64,000 nt of DNA from Octopus sinensis (taxonomy: Eukaryota). Location of the stretch: contig NC_043000.1 of the NCBI RefSeq assembly GCF_006345805.1, forward strand, positions 116,374,001 to 116,438,000, given 5' to 3'. Of the stretch, positions 26,043 through 38,665 are shown in pieces (the first letter of the stretch is position 1; each line of letters starts with the position of its first letter). Made by a program: the position numbers and the translations under genes. Below the pieces are notes generated by a model, which was not told where the DNA came from, searched no databases, and saw only the letters and a program-made list of their open reading frames with translations.

Positions 26043-26374
26043 ATATATTCCATAGTGCATCGGCCGGGATGTTTTTTCTTCTGTGTCTTAGATAAAGAAG
26101 GGATAGATACTCGGTCGGCACTGAAGTATTTCCTAGTTCATAAGATTTTCTCTGGTAAATAAAATGAAACTTGGGTGATAGATCTTTTTTCTCAGGCGTT
26201 GTGAGCATGCTTATCGCCTGTAATCCATTATCTATGCATTTTAGTAAGATATATCTATTCAAAAGTCTTGAAGGCATATGGATAAAAGTTTGAATCATGA
26301 AAAATTTATTGAATGATTATACATGAAGAACTCTTCTCTGATTTACAAAGCATTTCTCTTTTCAGGTTTAAATA

Positions 26375-26726
26375 TATACTAGCAGTATCGCCCGGCGTTG
26401 CTCGGGTTTGTTTCGACCCTTTATAATTGGAATTTTTGAAAAGTAAAAATTTTGCATTATGTAGCTTGTTATTCTCTTTAAGTGAACATTTTTCTGGTTG
26501 AAATACACCGAAAAATGGCAACACAGCAATCAAAATATCGTAAAAAATAGGGATTATCATAGAAAAAAAGCACCTTTTTGATGTAAATAATTTTTAGTGT
26601 TAACATGGTCTATCATACTCTCAATTTTGGTCAACTTGTGCCGCAGGGTCTCGGAGGAGCTAGTGTTAGTTGAAGGCTACCAAACCTGCCATACACAGAC
26701 AACTTCAGCTTTATATATAGAGAGAT
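26375..26726 (+). mobile_element. Non-autonomous Helentron/HINE-like element
   Basis: Starts TATACTAGCAG...CCCG-GCGTTGCT-CGGG (hairpin) and ends ACAGACAACTTCAGCTTTATATATAGAG. This is the terminal pattern of DINE-1/Lep1-like elements as I recall it. Confidence 0.6.
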
Positions 26727-26894
26727 TTGTTATTGTTGTAATCATTTAGTAAGCGTTGTTTAGTTTCTTCGCTTGCTTCTCTTGCTGACTCCTTCTATCA
26801 ATATTATCATTTCTGTAAAATGTTTCCTACTAATTTCAAGATATCGACTGTGTTCTGTCATGATAAAACTGGTTTTCGTCAGTCAAGTACCGCA

Positions 26895-27350
26895 AATATT
26901 GGTTTCAAATTTTGGCACAAGGCCAGTAATTTAGGGGTGGGGGTGGGGTAAGTCGATTACATCGACCCCAGTGCTTAACTGGTACTTATTTTATCGACTC
27001 CGAAAGGATAAAAGATAAAGTGGACCTCAGCGGAATTTCAAGTCAGTACAAGAAAACAGATGAAATTCCTATTTCTTTACTACCCACAAGGGGCTAAACA
27101 CAGAGAGGACAAACAAGGACAGACACACGAATTAAGTCGATTACATCGACCCTAGTGCGTAACTGGTACTTAATTTATCGACCCCGAAAGGATGAAAGGC
27201 AAAGTCGACCTCGGCGGAATTTGAACTCAGAACGTAACGGCAGACGAAATACCGCTAAGCGTGCTAACGGCTCTGCCAGCTCGCCGCCTTAGACAGTTGA
27301 AATACCTCTAAGTATTTTCTCCGGCGGGCTTCTGATTCTGCTAGTCGGCG
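26895..27350 (-). mobile_element. Family B2 SINE with a nested B1 SINE (27070-27290)
   Basis: B1 is flanked by the imperfect 14-bp duplication ACAGATGAAATTCC / ACAGTTGAAATACC, which is the internal ACAGACGAAATACC site of the host copy. Confidence 0.8.
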
Positions 27351-28322
27351 CTTTAAGTGCCAAAAATATTACTACCTGCATTGATACCGGAAAGAGATCG
27401 TAAAATCTAGCGTATCAGTCTTTAGTCAACCAATGTATATTCGTCCATCTTTTTTAAGATGCATTTAGATCAATATCAAAGTGTTTTCAACATTGTTTAC
27501 ATAGAAAAGGATATATACCCTATAGATGCGATGGGCCTTGGCGATGGTGTCTATTCTTCTATGTTCCATACATTTAAATGTTGAATCTGAGGATTTCTCA
27601 TGGCTGAATTTTATTCTTATATTAACCGAAAAGATTGCTTTCTAACGTCAGCTGTTTCTTATCGTACATATATAGATCATTGCTACGGGGCAACTGTGAT
27701 ATTTGTTGCTATTCCAAGCCCTTAAGGTATATTCTTTGAACTTTAGTAAAAGAAACGAAAAGAGTTTTGTCACGTAGAAATATTTATTGTAAAATAAGTA
27801 CAGCGTTTGCAAAAATCTTTTTATTTTTAGGTATTAACCGTTTCCCAGTTGATTAATTGTTTGTAAAATTTTCGTTTCAGTGGGCTGCGACTAGGACAGT
27901 CGGACCTTTCACTAAATGTGCGGATTCCAACTTCCAAGAAAGTATCCATTCGTGTCTCTCAGCATGCCCTTTTTTGCATGTATGCATGTTTACTTGTATG
28001 TTATTATTATTATTTTTTCATTGTATTTTGTATTTATATTTGTGTAACATCGTCTGTTTTTCCGCCCTTGTTTTGGCATACATACGATGCTCTCTTCCAA
28101 GGAATCTAATGCTCTTAGCTAAGTTTTTCATTGGGGCTGGCCAGATTGGAGCAATGTCAAGATTAATCAGCCAAAATTGATGGATGATCCGGTTCTTGAC
28201 TGAGGATAGAAAGTTTGTTGTATCGTCTATCTGGATGGTTTGTTGTCCCTTTTTGTATCACCAAGTTGTCCGGATGTTTTGCGTTCTTGTCCCATTTTGT
28301 ATTATATATATATATATATATA

Positions 28323-28520
28323 TGATAGATCGTTAGCCACTACACACATTTTTTCTTTCCTTGTTTCTCTCCTTGTTTTTTCTGTGTCCCTTTCTGTAGA
28401 AGAGCGTAGGCTCGGAACGTAAAAGACTTTTTCTATTCCTGAGCGTTATACTAATACATCTGTTTGTTTTGTACATCACCTGCCTTCGTCTTTTGTTTTT
28501 TTTTCGTAAACTCTCCCTAT
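28323..28520 (+). mobile_element. Short repeat family H1 carrying a hammerhead-like motif (further copies at 32905, 35030, 47040 and 57598)
   Basis: Conserved CTTT-CTGTNGA-A-GAGC-GTAG-GCTC-GAAAC-GT-H-AAAG, followed by TCCTGAGCGTT..CTAATACATCTG..TTCGTCTTTTG and then (TA)n. Confidence 0.75.
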
Positions 28521-28541
28521 ATATATATCTATATATATATC

Positions 28542-28575
<34 letters not shown>

Positions 28576-29566
28576 ATATATATATATGTATGCATATATT
28601 CAATATGTTTTTTTTTTCTCTCTGTTTCTATTCTACGAATATCTTATGTGAAGAAGGGTTGCCTTATAAGATAGAAAGAAAACCACATTATTGTAAGTGA
28701 AGTAAGGATAGAAATAGTGTTTCATGCCGCAATATCATGGACATATTGCGTCTTTTTCTCATTCCACGAATTCAAGTTATCTCGTGTTTAGACGGCAGTT
28801 ATTCTCTTGCGTTTTGTGACTTAATTTTGCTGCTGTTGTTTAATAAAACTGTTTGCAAAAAAAAAAAAAACGATTCAACACTCGAATACATGTAGGCTGC
28901 TCCTAATCTTTTCTGTTATTTCTCCGAAAGTGAAAACTATCGATATGAATATCCCTCTGGATGATTCTGTTTAGAACTGCTTTTTGTAATTGCTTTCATG
29001 TAAATTGCGGCTGAATAAGTAGATTAGTAACGCATAATGACATAACGAAAAATTACACAATTTGATGTAGATTATCACCCGACGGATGAATATTTACTGG
29101 TGACTAACGTTATATAAGTAATATATAAATATTAATATACATAAAACAAGATTAATATATTGTAAATAATTACAAGTATATTCAGGGCAGTTGGAGCATA
29201 AATATTTGAAGCCAGACATAAACATTCGCTAGACATGTTAATTCAGGCATTGCTTAGATAATAGTATATAAATGTTCAAAATATGTAGAATAATTTTAAT
29301 TTTAAAAAAATGTAAATATTGATTTAGTGATAAATTCATATGAATTGCTTACTTCAAAATTAATCGAATGCAACTACCGATGATAATGGAAATTGTTCTC
29401 GAAATTGGGTGAGAGCAATTTTGTAATGAAGAAAATTCGATTGAGTCGCTCGATAAGCTAGGATTGGTAAACAAACAAGTTCACATCTCACCCACCAATA
29501 CTTCTTGAAAGAGAGTGAAGTATTGGATAATACTGCAAGTTATTATATGTTTCCCAGTGTTGTTCA

Positions 29567-29658
<92 letters not shown>

Positions 29659-29661
<3 letters not shown>

Positions 29662-29830
29662 CATAGAGCGGTTGTGTGTAAGTAACTCGCTTACATCCAC
29701 ATGGTTCTGAGTTCAGTCCCCTGTGTGGCACTTTGGGCAAGTGTTTTCTACTATAGCCTTGTGCTGACCAAAACCTTGTGAGTGGATTTGGTAGACGGAA
29801 ACTGAAAGAAGCCCGTCGTATATATGTATG

Positions 29831-29893
<63 letters not shown>

Positions 29894-30079
29894 TTGTGTG
29901 TCTGTGTTTGTCCCCCCAACATCGCTTGACAACTGATGCTGGTGTGTTTAATTCCCCGTAACTCAGCGGTTCGGCAAAATATAACCGATAGTAAAAGTAC
30001 TAAGTCCTGGGGGCGATTTGCTCGACTAAAGGCGGTGCTCCAGCATGGCCGCAGTCAAATGACTGAAACATGTAAAACA

Positions 30080-30080
<1 letters not shown>
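29659..30080 (+). mobile_element. SINE family A
   Basis: Full-length head to tail with an expanded internal (TA)n(TG)n. Confidence 0.9.
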
Positions 30081-30144
<64 letters not shown>

Positions 30145-31446
30145 TCTTGTAACATCGTAACACATATTTATATGAACCTGTAGCAATAACACGAAACATT
30201 TTAAACCTGGGGCTATTTGCTCAACTTCTGTGATAAAACTGTTTTATTTTTAAAATGTTATTACATAAGTGTTATGAGATCAACGCAGTAAGCTTTGCTC
30301 TTGCGTGTCAACGTCTGCAGGAGAACTTATTAATAGAGATTTAATCTGTCGGTCACTTTGACACCACAATCTGCTTAAGTGTCTTAAGCGGTGTCCATTC
30401 TATTGCAAACATCAAGGCCAGGCTCCATTATAAAAATAACTTTCTCACCCACATGTGTCAGTATCAAAGACAATATAAAACCTCACATGCATTACCTTTC
30501 CTCTTGCCTAATGAGAAAATAAAACATACAAATGGGCAAGGAATTGATTATATGGGAATGGAGAATGTTGTGTATTGTACGAAGCTTTGAGCATAGGCAA
30601 AACATAAGTGACGTGAGGAAAAAACAAATAAGCTAGGTGAACTGAGGAGAGGAGAAACGAGATCAGAGTTCTCCACGAAGGAGTGGCAGCTGCAGGAGCA
30701 CTATAAAAGAAAGAGAGGGAGAGGGAGGAGCTTATTTATGGGTTAGGGATTGGGGTAATAGTCGCGTGACTTCATACACAGCCGGTGGAGTAATGTATTT
30801 GTACACGCAATAGGATGTTTCTGTTGGTAGCAACAACTTAATCCCAGATGTGGAAGTAATGATTCATTATAGGGTTCAGCTGAACATTGAGAGTTTTTAG
30901 TAGATGCTAAGGCCTGAGGTATTTTCAATGCCAGAAATAATTCGAAAATTTCCAAAAATTAAATTGACTTCTGAAAGCAAGTATTATTCTCTTTTTAAAC
31001 TGTATATATTCAACAGTCATGTGTTCTGGGTATTCTTTTGTACAAGTGTATATGAGTCTTAAGTGAGTGTGATGATGGAAGCAATCAAATCGATCATTCG
31101 CTAACATTTTTATCGTTCTTTATAATATCGATCCAAGTTATAGGATGCGAGGTAGCAACTGCCATGTGTGACAATCATTTTAGGAACAAAAAACGATTCT
31201 GTTGTCGAAAATGCATAGCTGTCAAGTTCACAAAGCATCGCAGAATTTCCACCTAGTAATTTTAACAGCTTCATGTAGACAATAGAAAGATTCCCTAAGA
31301 CTTTTTTTTATTATTAATAACGAGAATAAATGCTGATTTAATGTTAAGTTTACTGGAAGTCAGCCGAAAGCTTTCTAGTTTGGATAACTAAAATATTTGG
31401 TGGTTCTGTTCGTGGTACAACTTGTACAGTGATATATATTCACAAT

Positions 31447-31761
31447 GTGGAGGCGAAATGGCCTAGTGGTTAGGGCAGCGGACTCGCGGTCGTAGGATCG
31501 TAGTTTCGATTCCCAGTCCGACCGTTGTGAGTGCTTATTAAGCGAAAACACCCAGAGCTCCACGAGGCTCAGCAGTGGGTGGTGGTGAATCCTGCCGTAT
31601 TCTTTCCCCACAACTTTCCCCCACTCTTTCTTCCTGTCTCTGTTGTACCTGTATTTCAAAGAGGCCAGCCTTGTCACTCTGTGTCACACTGAATCTCCCC
31701 GAGAACTACGTTAAGGGTACACGTGACTGTGGAGTGCTCAGACACTTGCACATTAATTTCA
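31447..31761 (+). mobile_element. SINE family C, tail C1
   Basis: Clear tRNA-like head TGGCCTAGTGGTTAGGGCAGCGGACTCGCGGTCGTAGGATCGTAGTTTCGATTCCC. Tail GAATCTCCCCGAGAACTACGTTAAGGGTACACG. Confidence 0.88.
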
Positions 31762-31819
31762 GGGGTGAAAAGCATGTTATAAATGTGATCCAATAATTGT
31801 TACGGATGGGATTTTTCGG

Positions 31820-31853
<34 letters not shown>

Positions 31854-31857
31854 ATAT

Positions 31858-31892
<35 letters not shown>

Positions 31893-31917
31893 CATATATT
31901 ATATATATATATTACAC

Positions 31918-31984
<67 letters not shown>

Positions 31985-32119
31985 AAAGAGAGAGAGAGAG
32001 AGAGTAAAAGATGGACAGACAGTTGTAAATGTAATCAAAGCATCAATGGAATATTTATATATCAGAGAACATACATAGTAAGTTGAAAACCAGGAAAATT
32101 AAGAAGAGTTCGTAGTATT

Positions 32120-32132
32120 TCTTTATAAATAG

Positions 32133-32177
<45 letters not shown>

Positions 32178-32460
32178 TTGTAGTAGTAGTAATAGTAGTA
32201 GTAGTGGTGGTGCTCGTGCTAATGAGGGTGCGACAGACTGAGAATGGTAGATGTCTGTGGCAGTACTGATAGACTATATTGATAACATGAATGGTATTAA
32301 TTGTTGATAACAATGATGATTATGACGATGCTGCTGCTGCTGATGATGATGACGATGATAACGATGACGATGATGCTGATGATGATGACGACGATGATGT
32401 TGATGTGAGAGATACTGGTGACGGTGATAATTATCTTGAATATAAATACGATGAAGACGA
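32120..32460. repeat. (TAG)n, (GAT)n and (GAC)n trinucleotide repeats
   Basis: Directly visible. Confidence 0.9.
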
Positions 32461-33272
32461 TTGAGACGGATGTCATAAAACGAACACTGATGGGTGGGTA
32501 TTATAAGGTGAAGTCGATATTTGCCGTCATTATTTATTACGAATAGCATTCATGAGAATAACCAGCTCGAAGGTCACGGCCCGATTGGCTCAGACAGCGC
32601 TGGCTGTGGTGTAAGTAGAAAACTTAATTACATCAGGTAGCTATCTATTTATAATAATAAAGAGCATAGCAACCAGAGTGGAATCATTTCAATACATCGT
32701 AACACTCGAAATTATAATTATTGAAACTTCTCCCGCCACGTCCTCTCTGATTGATTCGGTTTCTGTTCTAAACTGACACACACAGACGAACACACACACC
32801 TACATGCGATCATACACACATGCAAAAGCATATATATATAATTTATTCCTAAGAATATATTACAATATATAAATATATATATACATATATATAGTATATA
32901 TATCTCTCCTGTTCATTCTGGGTTTCCTTCTGTGGAAGAGCATAGGGTCGAAACGTTAAAAAGTTTTTCCCTTACCCGGCATTATTCTAATACATCTGTT
33001 TGTGTCTACACCACGTCTTTCGTCTTTTGTTTTTTATGAAATACTCCTATATATATATATATATATATATAATTATATATGTGTGTCGTGTGTGTGTGTG
33101 TGTGTGTGTAGAAGATGATACTGTATTTAAATGATGTAATGATTAGCATTGTTCAATTAAATGGAGACATTTGAAACGGGTTCGTACTGCATATTCATAA
33201 TTGATATCCTGCTGCTTATTTGACATGCACACATACATACACACACACACAAACACACACACACACACACAT

Positions 33273-33318
<46 letters not shown>

Positions 33319-33539
33319 ACACCACACACATTTGTATCTAATGCCAAGATATAGATGAACTTTTATCTATCTACATCTGTCTATCTATATATATTTGATC
33401 TCTCTTCTTCTCTATCTATGTTTCTGTCTATCTATCTAATATATGTGTGTGTATGCATGCATGTATGTATGTATGTATTATGTATGTGTGTGTGTGAGTG
33501 TGTATGTGGGTGGGGGCGTATGCATTTTTTATTAGTTTG

Positions 33540-33835
33540 ACATTTGGTGAAAGAGTGAATTTGTTGATGTTGCCCACATCTGCATCTCTCGCCGGAACTC
33601 ATAGTAGAAGGAGATCTTTTTTTCTTTTGAAGACGCCTATATCTATTCCCTATAAGACTCTCAGAGTCTGTGGGAGGATATTGGAGAGATGTGCACCCTT
33701 TAAACTCAAGTTGCTAAATTATCTGGTCATATATACCGATGGCAATGTTGAGATTTTAGGTATTATGCAGTGACACCCCGCCCTACCTTTCGTGTAACTT
33801 ACACTACCGACATTGGGCACAAGTTCTATGATTTT
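33540..33835 (-). mobile_element. Old CR1 ORF2 C-terminal relic
   Basis: Reverse translation VPNVGS..GRAGCHCIIP..KGAHLSNILPQTLRVL*GIDIGVFKRKKDL..TNSLFHQ aligns by eye to the 12.0-12.3 kb CR1 C-terminus. Confidence 0.7.
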
Positions 33836-34203
33836 CCAAAAGTATATCACTGCATATCTTTCTCGTTTTGCCCGATGCGACTAAATTCGCCCGAATAAAT
33901 GAGGTGCTCCAGCATGGCCGCTGTCAAATGACTGGAACACATAAAAGAATAAAAGAAAAAATATATCTGTTTGGATGTAGATATCCGGATATGAACTTCG
34001 GTATATAAAATCATTTGCGTATAAGAGAGAAGAGTGGGGAGGCAGTGATTGTGATTCAGTACTTGAATTTTAATATCTCATGGTTAATTTTATGAGTTCA
34101 TCACAAAAATATATGAAAACTACTAGCATTAACTAACACATACAACTAACGATATACATACACACACACACACACACACACCATATATATATATATATAT
34201 ATA

Positions 34204-34271
<68 letters not shown>

Positions 34272-34290
34272 ATATATATTATATATATAA

Positions 34291-34326
<36 letters not shown>

Positions 34327-34337
34327 TTGTGTGTGTG

Positions 34338-34640
34338 TGGAGGCGCAATGGCCAGTGGTTAGGGCAGCGGACTCGCGGTCATAGGATCACGGTTTCGATT
34401 CCTAGACTAGGCATTGTGAGTGTTTATTAAGCGAAAACACCTAAAGCTCCACGAGGCTCCGGTAGGGGGTTGGTGACAATCCCTGCTCTACTCTTTCGCC
34501 GCAACATTCTCTCACTCTTTCTTCTGTTGGCCTGCTCGCTTAGCCAGCGGAGTGGCGTCATTTAAAGGCTAAAACAATGCGAAATGCATTGTGACCAGCG
34601 ATGTGTAGCAACATCTGATAGCCTGGTCGGTCACGGTGAT
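34338..34640 (+). mobile_element. SINE family C, tail C2
   Basis: Same head as C1. Tail TGTGACCAGCGATGTGTAGCAACATCTGATAGCCTGGTCGGTCACGGTGAT. A second copy lies at 48921-49157 (-). Confidence 0.88.
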
Positions 34641-34655
34641 ATATATATATGTATG

Positions 34656-34698
<43 letters not shown>

Positions 34699-34747
34699 GT
34701 ATATAAAGTTAATCCAAATAAGAAAACACAAAAAAACACAACGCGTG

Positions 34748-34858
34748 TTATTGGACGTTTCGAGCGTATTTCTTCGTGGGAAACATAGGAGAAGGAAAGA
34801 TCCCGAGAAAGGAAGACAGAGGAAAAAAATCGCCAACGGTATACACGAGGTCTACGTA
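34748..34858 (-). mobile_element. Short repeat family H2, internally deleted copy
   Basis: Matches 57797-57945 with an ACG-bounded deletion. Confidence 0.7.
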
Positions 34859-35395
34859 TATGCACGGAATAAGCTGCAAGATTCATTTAGGCTTGGTAAT
34901 ATATATATATAAGAAAAATTGATCTAAAAGCGTGAATATATATATAGCGTTCTTCTGTCTATTTCGTAACGTTGAACTCTTAATATCTAAAAGGATGTTT
35001 CTTTCTCTCTCCCAATCCTTTTTTTATTTATCCTCCTTTTTCCCCCTCTTAATCCCTTCTGCCCAAGAGAGTAGGCTCGAAATGTAAATGACTATTCGAT
35101 CCTTCCTGTGCGTTAAACTAATAATACATATACTTGTTGCTCCTATACTTGGCTTCATCTTCCTTGTTCTGTAAATTTGAATTATTTTATATATTATAAT
35201 ATATAATATATATATATATATTTATATATACGCAGTGAGGGAGAGAGAGTTAAGGATAAATTGATAAATCGATATCTTGAACGAGCCATCAAAACACAGA
35301 TATATTGATAGATAGACAGAAGGCTGGTGGATTGATGGATGAATAAAAGCATAGATAGATAGCTATATATATATATATATATGTTTGTGTTTGTG

Positions 35396-35458
<63 letters not shown>

Positions 35459-36013
35459 GTGTGTGTATATATATATATACATACAGAGATAGAGAGAGAA
35501 AGAAAGAGGTTGGTAAAGAGATAGATAGATGAACAGAGAGAGTGACAGAGAGACAAAGTCTGAGAGACAGATACGGAATAACAAAGATGGAGTGTACAAA
35601 ATGCATTGACGCACAGCAAAATTTTTGATGAATACTAATCTACGAGAGTCGGACTTTCAGTCACTGTGTTACATCTGCCATTTAAATAAATAATATGCAT
35701 ATCGTTAGGAAAATTATAGTTCGAGGCACAAACGTATATTTATTGCGACGCTTAGCGCTAGTTTTCTACGTACTGACTATGTATTGTTTGTAAGTATGAA
35801 AGTATGTATGTACAGAAATAGATAAGTATGCACGTATGCACTTATGTATGTATGCATGAGCGAATGTATGTATACATGTATATATTCATGCATGTATATG
35901 TGACTGTGTATATATATTATCTATCTCTCTCTGTCTGTCTGTCTCTCTCTCTTTATATATATATATATATATATTATCTATCTATCTCTGTTTGTCTGTC
36001 TGTCTCTCTCTCT

Positions 36014-36048
<35 letters not shown>

Positions 36049-36689
36049 GTGTGTATACATTTAATTGTATACTTATTCCTATGTATGTTGCCGTATGTTA
36101 GGCATCTATTTCTAGCATTTTAGCTATCCTTACTGACCACAGAACTAAATACCCTTCCTGACCATACCGAACCAAAAATTAATCTGTTTAATTTAAAGCC
36201 ATAAATGCCTTCGTCCTCCACTTTACCAAAACATTAACCACTGACCTCTCACCCCGAATCTACCCAACCGAATAATAATACTAGCACCTACTCCTTATAT
36301 TTTTATTATTGATTTTTGATTTTTAAAATTTTGCTGTCATTCATTCTTTCTTACACCTATCCAATTCCTTTTCTCCCTTCTATTCACTCACTCACAACCA
36401 CTCTCTGTCTTGATGTCTGTCTTTCTCACTCTACATACCCACGTGGACCGTTTTCATACTAACTAACCTCTTAATCTGTTCCTTCAATATGAACGCAACT
36501 TTCAAAATATTGCCAAAAATACTTTCTGAATTTACCTGGGATTATATCTCTCACCAGATGGAGTACTTTTTGTTGATCCTTCTGATAACGATACAGTAAA
36601 CTATATATCTATATGTATACGAGTATTCATGTACGGAGCGTTATAAATTTCAGTAAAAATTAAAATTTATTAACATAATAATATACTAT

Positions 36690-37631
36690 ATTTTTATAAT
36701 AATATAATATAATGTAATAAATAATAATATCAAATACAAATTACATACAAGTGTTTCGATTCTTACCCATAATAAAATTATAAAAATCCATTGTTTCTTG
36801 GTTATGAATCTCTTCAGTGTAATTTCAGATATCTGAGGATTCACACATCGAAGAAAAGATTGAATTTAAATATAAGTATGTTTTCAAGTGTGAGCGTCAA
36901 TAATTAAGAACAAAAACGAATATAGGAAATCAAAGATTAATAATTAAAATTTACGTAGGTTTATATAAAAAAGAAACTTTCTAAAATATATTATCATCAT
37001 AAAATAATTACCGTAGAAATCAAGTGAACAAAGAATTAACCAGTTATCTCCCCAAAATTTAATCATTAAGATTTCATAAATGTTCTTTTGATAATTACTC
37101 ATTTTCATACTAATTACTAATGCTAAAATTAAAATTAAAATATTGAAGGCCATAGGAGGTTTTAAATTATGTTATTTTATATTGAATAAACTTAAATATA
37201 ATTATATTAATTTAAATTGAATTTGAAATTAGATCCTATTGTAAATATTGTATATGTCTAGTATTATATAATTCTAATCGTAACTATGATTGCATTAAAT
37301 TATAAACATTGATTTAAAGTGAATTATTTTCATGAAAAATAGGAAATTCTTTATTTATATATGTAAAATTTAGTATAGATGAAAAATTATACTGGATAAA
37401 TAATATTTATCGTACACCATATTAAAACATTGTGTAAATTACTTTTGTTAAATTATCTCCCTTCTGTTCTTCCATAACGATAAATGCATATAAATATAAC
37501 GATGAAATTTTTCCTCTAAAAAAACTAAGTAATTCTAATTTTAATTCTAATTTTGATTTTAATTTTAGCAATATTTTTCTCTTACTATGTAAATGACTAA
37601 TTATCAAAGGGATATTTTTGCCGTACATATG

Positions 37632-37670
<39 letters not shown>

Positions 37671-38330
37671 TGGATAACTGGTTAATTCAGCGTGAGTTTA
37701 ATTTCTACGATAATAATATTTTTAGAAAGTTTCTTATTTTTTAATTATTAATCTTAGATTTTTATTAATGATTATTATAAATAATTAATGCAACGTATTA
37801 TATATTATTATTTACCATTTGACTAGACATGATAAAATATTTTAGATATATTATTTGTTATTTGCCAATAGATAAATAGCGTATTGTTATTATAATAACG
37901 TCTATATTTTTATAATATGAAAGAATGAAATAGATATTTCTGATTTCACCATAACTTTTTTAAACATATTTTTCCTGGTATTTAAGAAAATTAATGCGCC
38001 AAGATATATTTAGATTCAAATATTTAGTAGTATACAACCATATTCTATGACCGTCATATTAGTTTATTTTTCATATTTTAATTTCTTTATTTTTATCCTT
38101 TTTTTTGTTTTTAATCATTGACGCTCACGCTTGAAAACATCTTTTCTTCGATGTGTGAGCATAATATATCAAAAATTACACTGAAGAGATTCTTACCCAG
38201 AAACAATGGACTTTTGATAATTGTATAATGTATACAAATCGAAACATGTCTAAATAATTTGTAATTAATGCTTATTATAATATTATATTGTGAGAATATA
38301 ATATAATCTTATGTTAATAAATTTGAATTT
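36690..38330. repeat. AT-rich foldback region with long imperfect inverted repeats
   Basis: 36787-36915 is inverted relative to 38105-38210 (TCCATTGTTTC..GAATCTCTTCAGTGTAATTT..TCACACATCGAAGAAAAGAT..TTTTCAAG.GTGAGCGTCAA). Looser similarity extends outward. Confidence 0.7.
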
Positions 38331-38479
38331 TTGAATTGACAATTGTATATCTCCGTTTTCTTTTCATTTTTGTTAATTTATTATAAACCCATGTGAATTA
38401 TAAGTTTTTCCCTACAAAGTTAGGTATTAAACATCGGAGCTAGTGAAGGATTGGATATTTTCCTCCCTATTAACCTTGT

Positions 38480-38523
<44 letters not shown>

Positions 38524-38665
38524 TGATATATATATATATATATATATATACATACACACACATATATATATAGAGAGAGAGAGGGAGAGAGAGAGGAATG
38601 CACTTACATGCACGAATATATACATGTATCATGCATATTCACATGCATATATAAATACATATATA

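Noticed and set aside
31447-31520. tRNA-like sequences at SINE heads
   Set aside because: A and B boxes are present, but each continues into a SINE body and lacks a proper acceptor stem; they are not tRNA genes.
36930-38100. Possible mitochondrial insertion (very AT-rich)
   Set aside because: No mitochondrial gene, rRNA or tRNA motif is recognisable, and it is bounded by inverted repeats.
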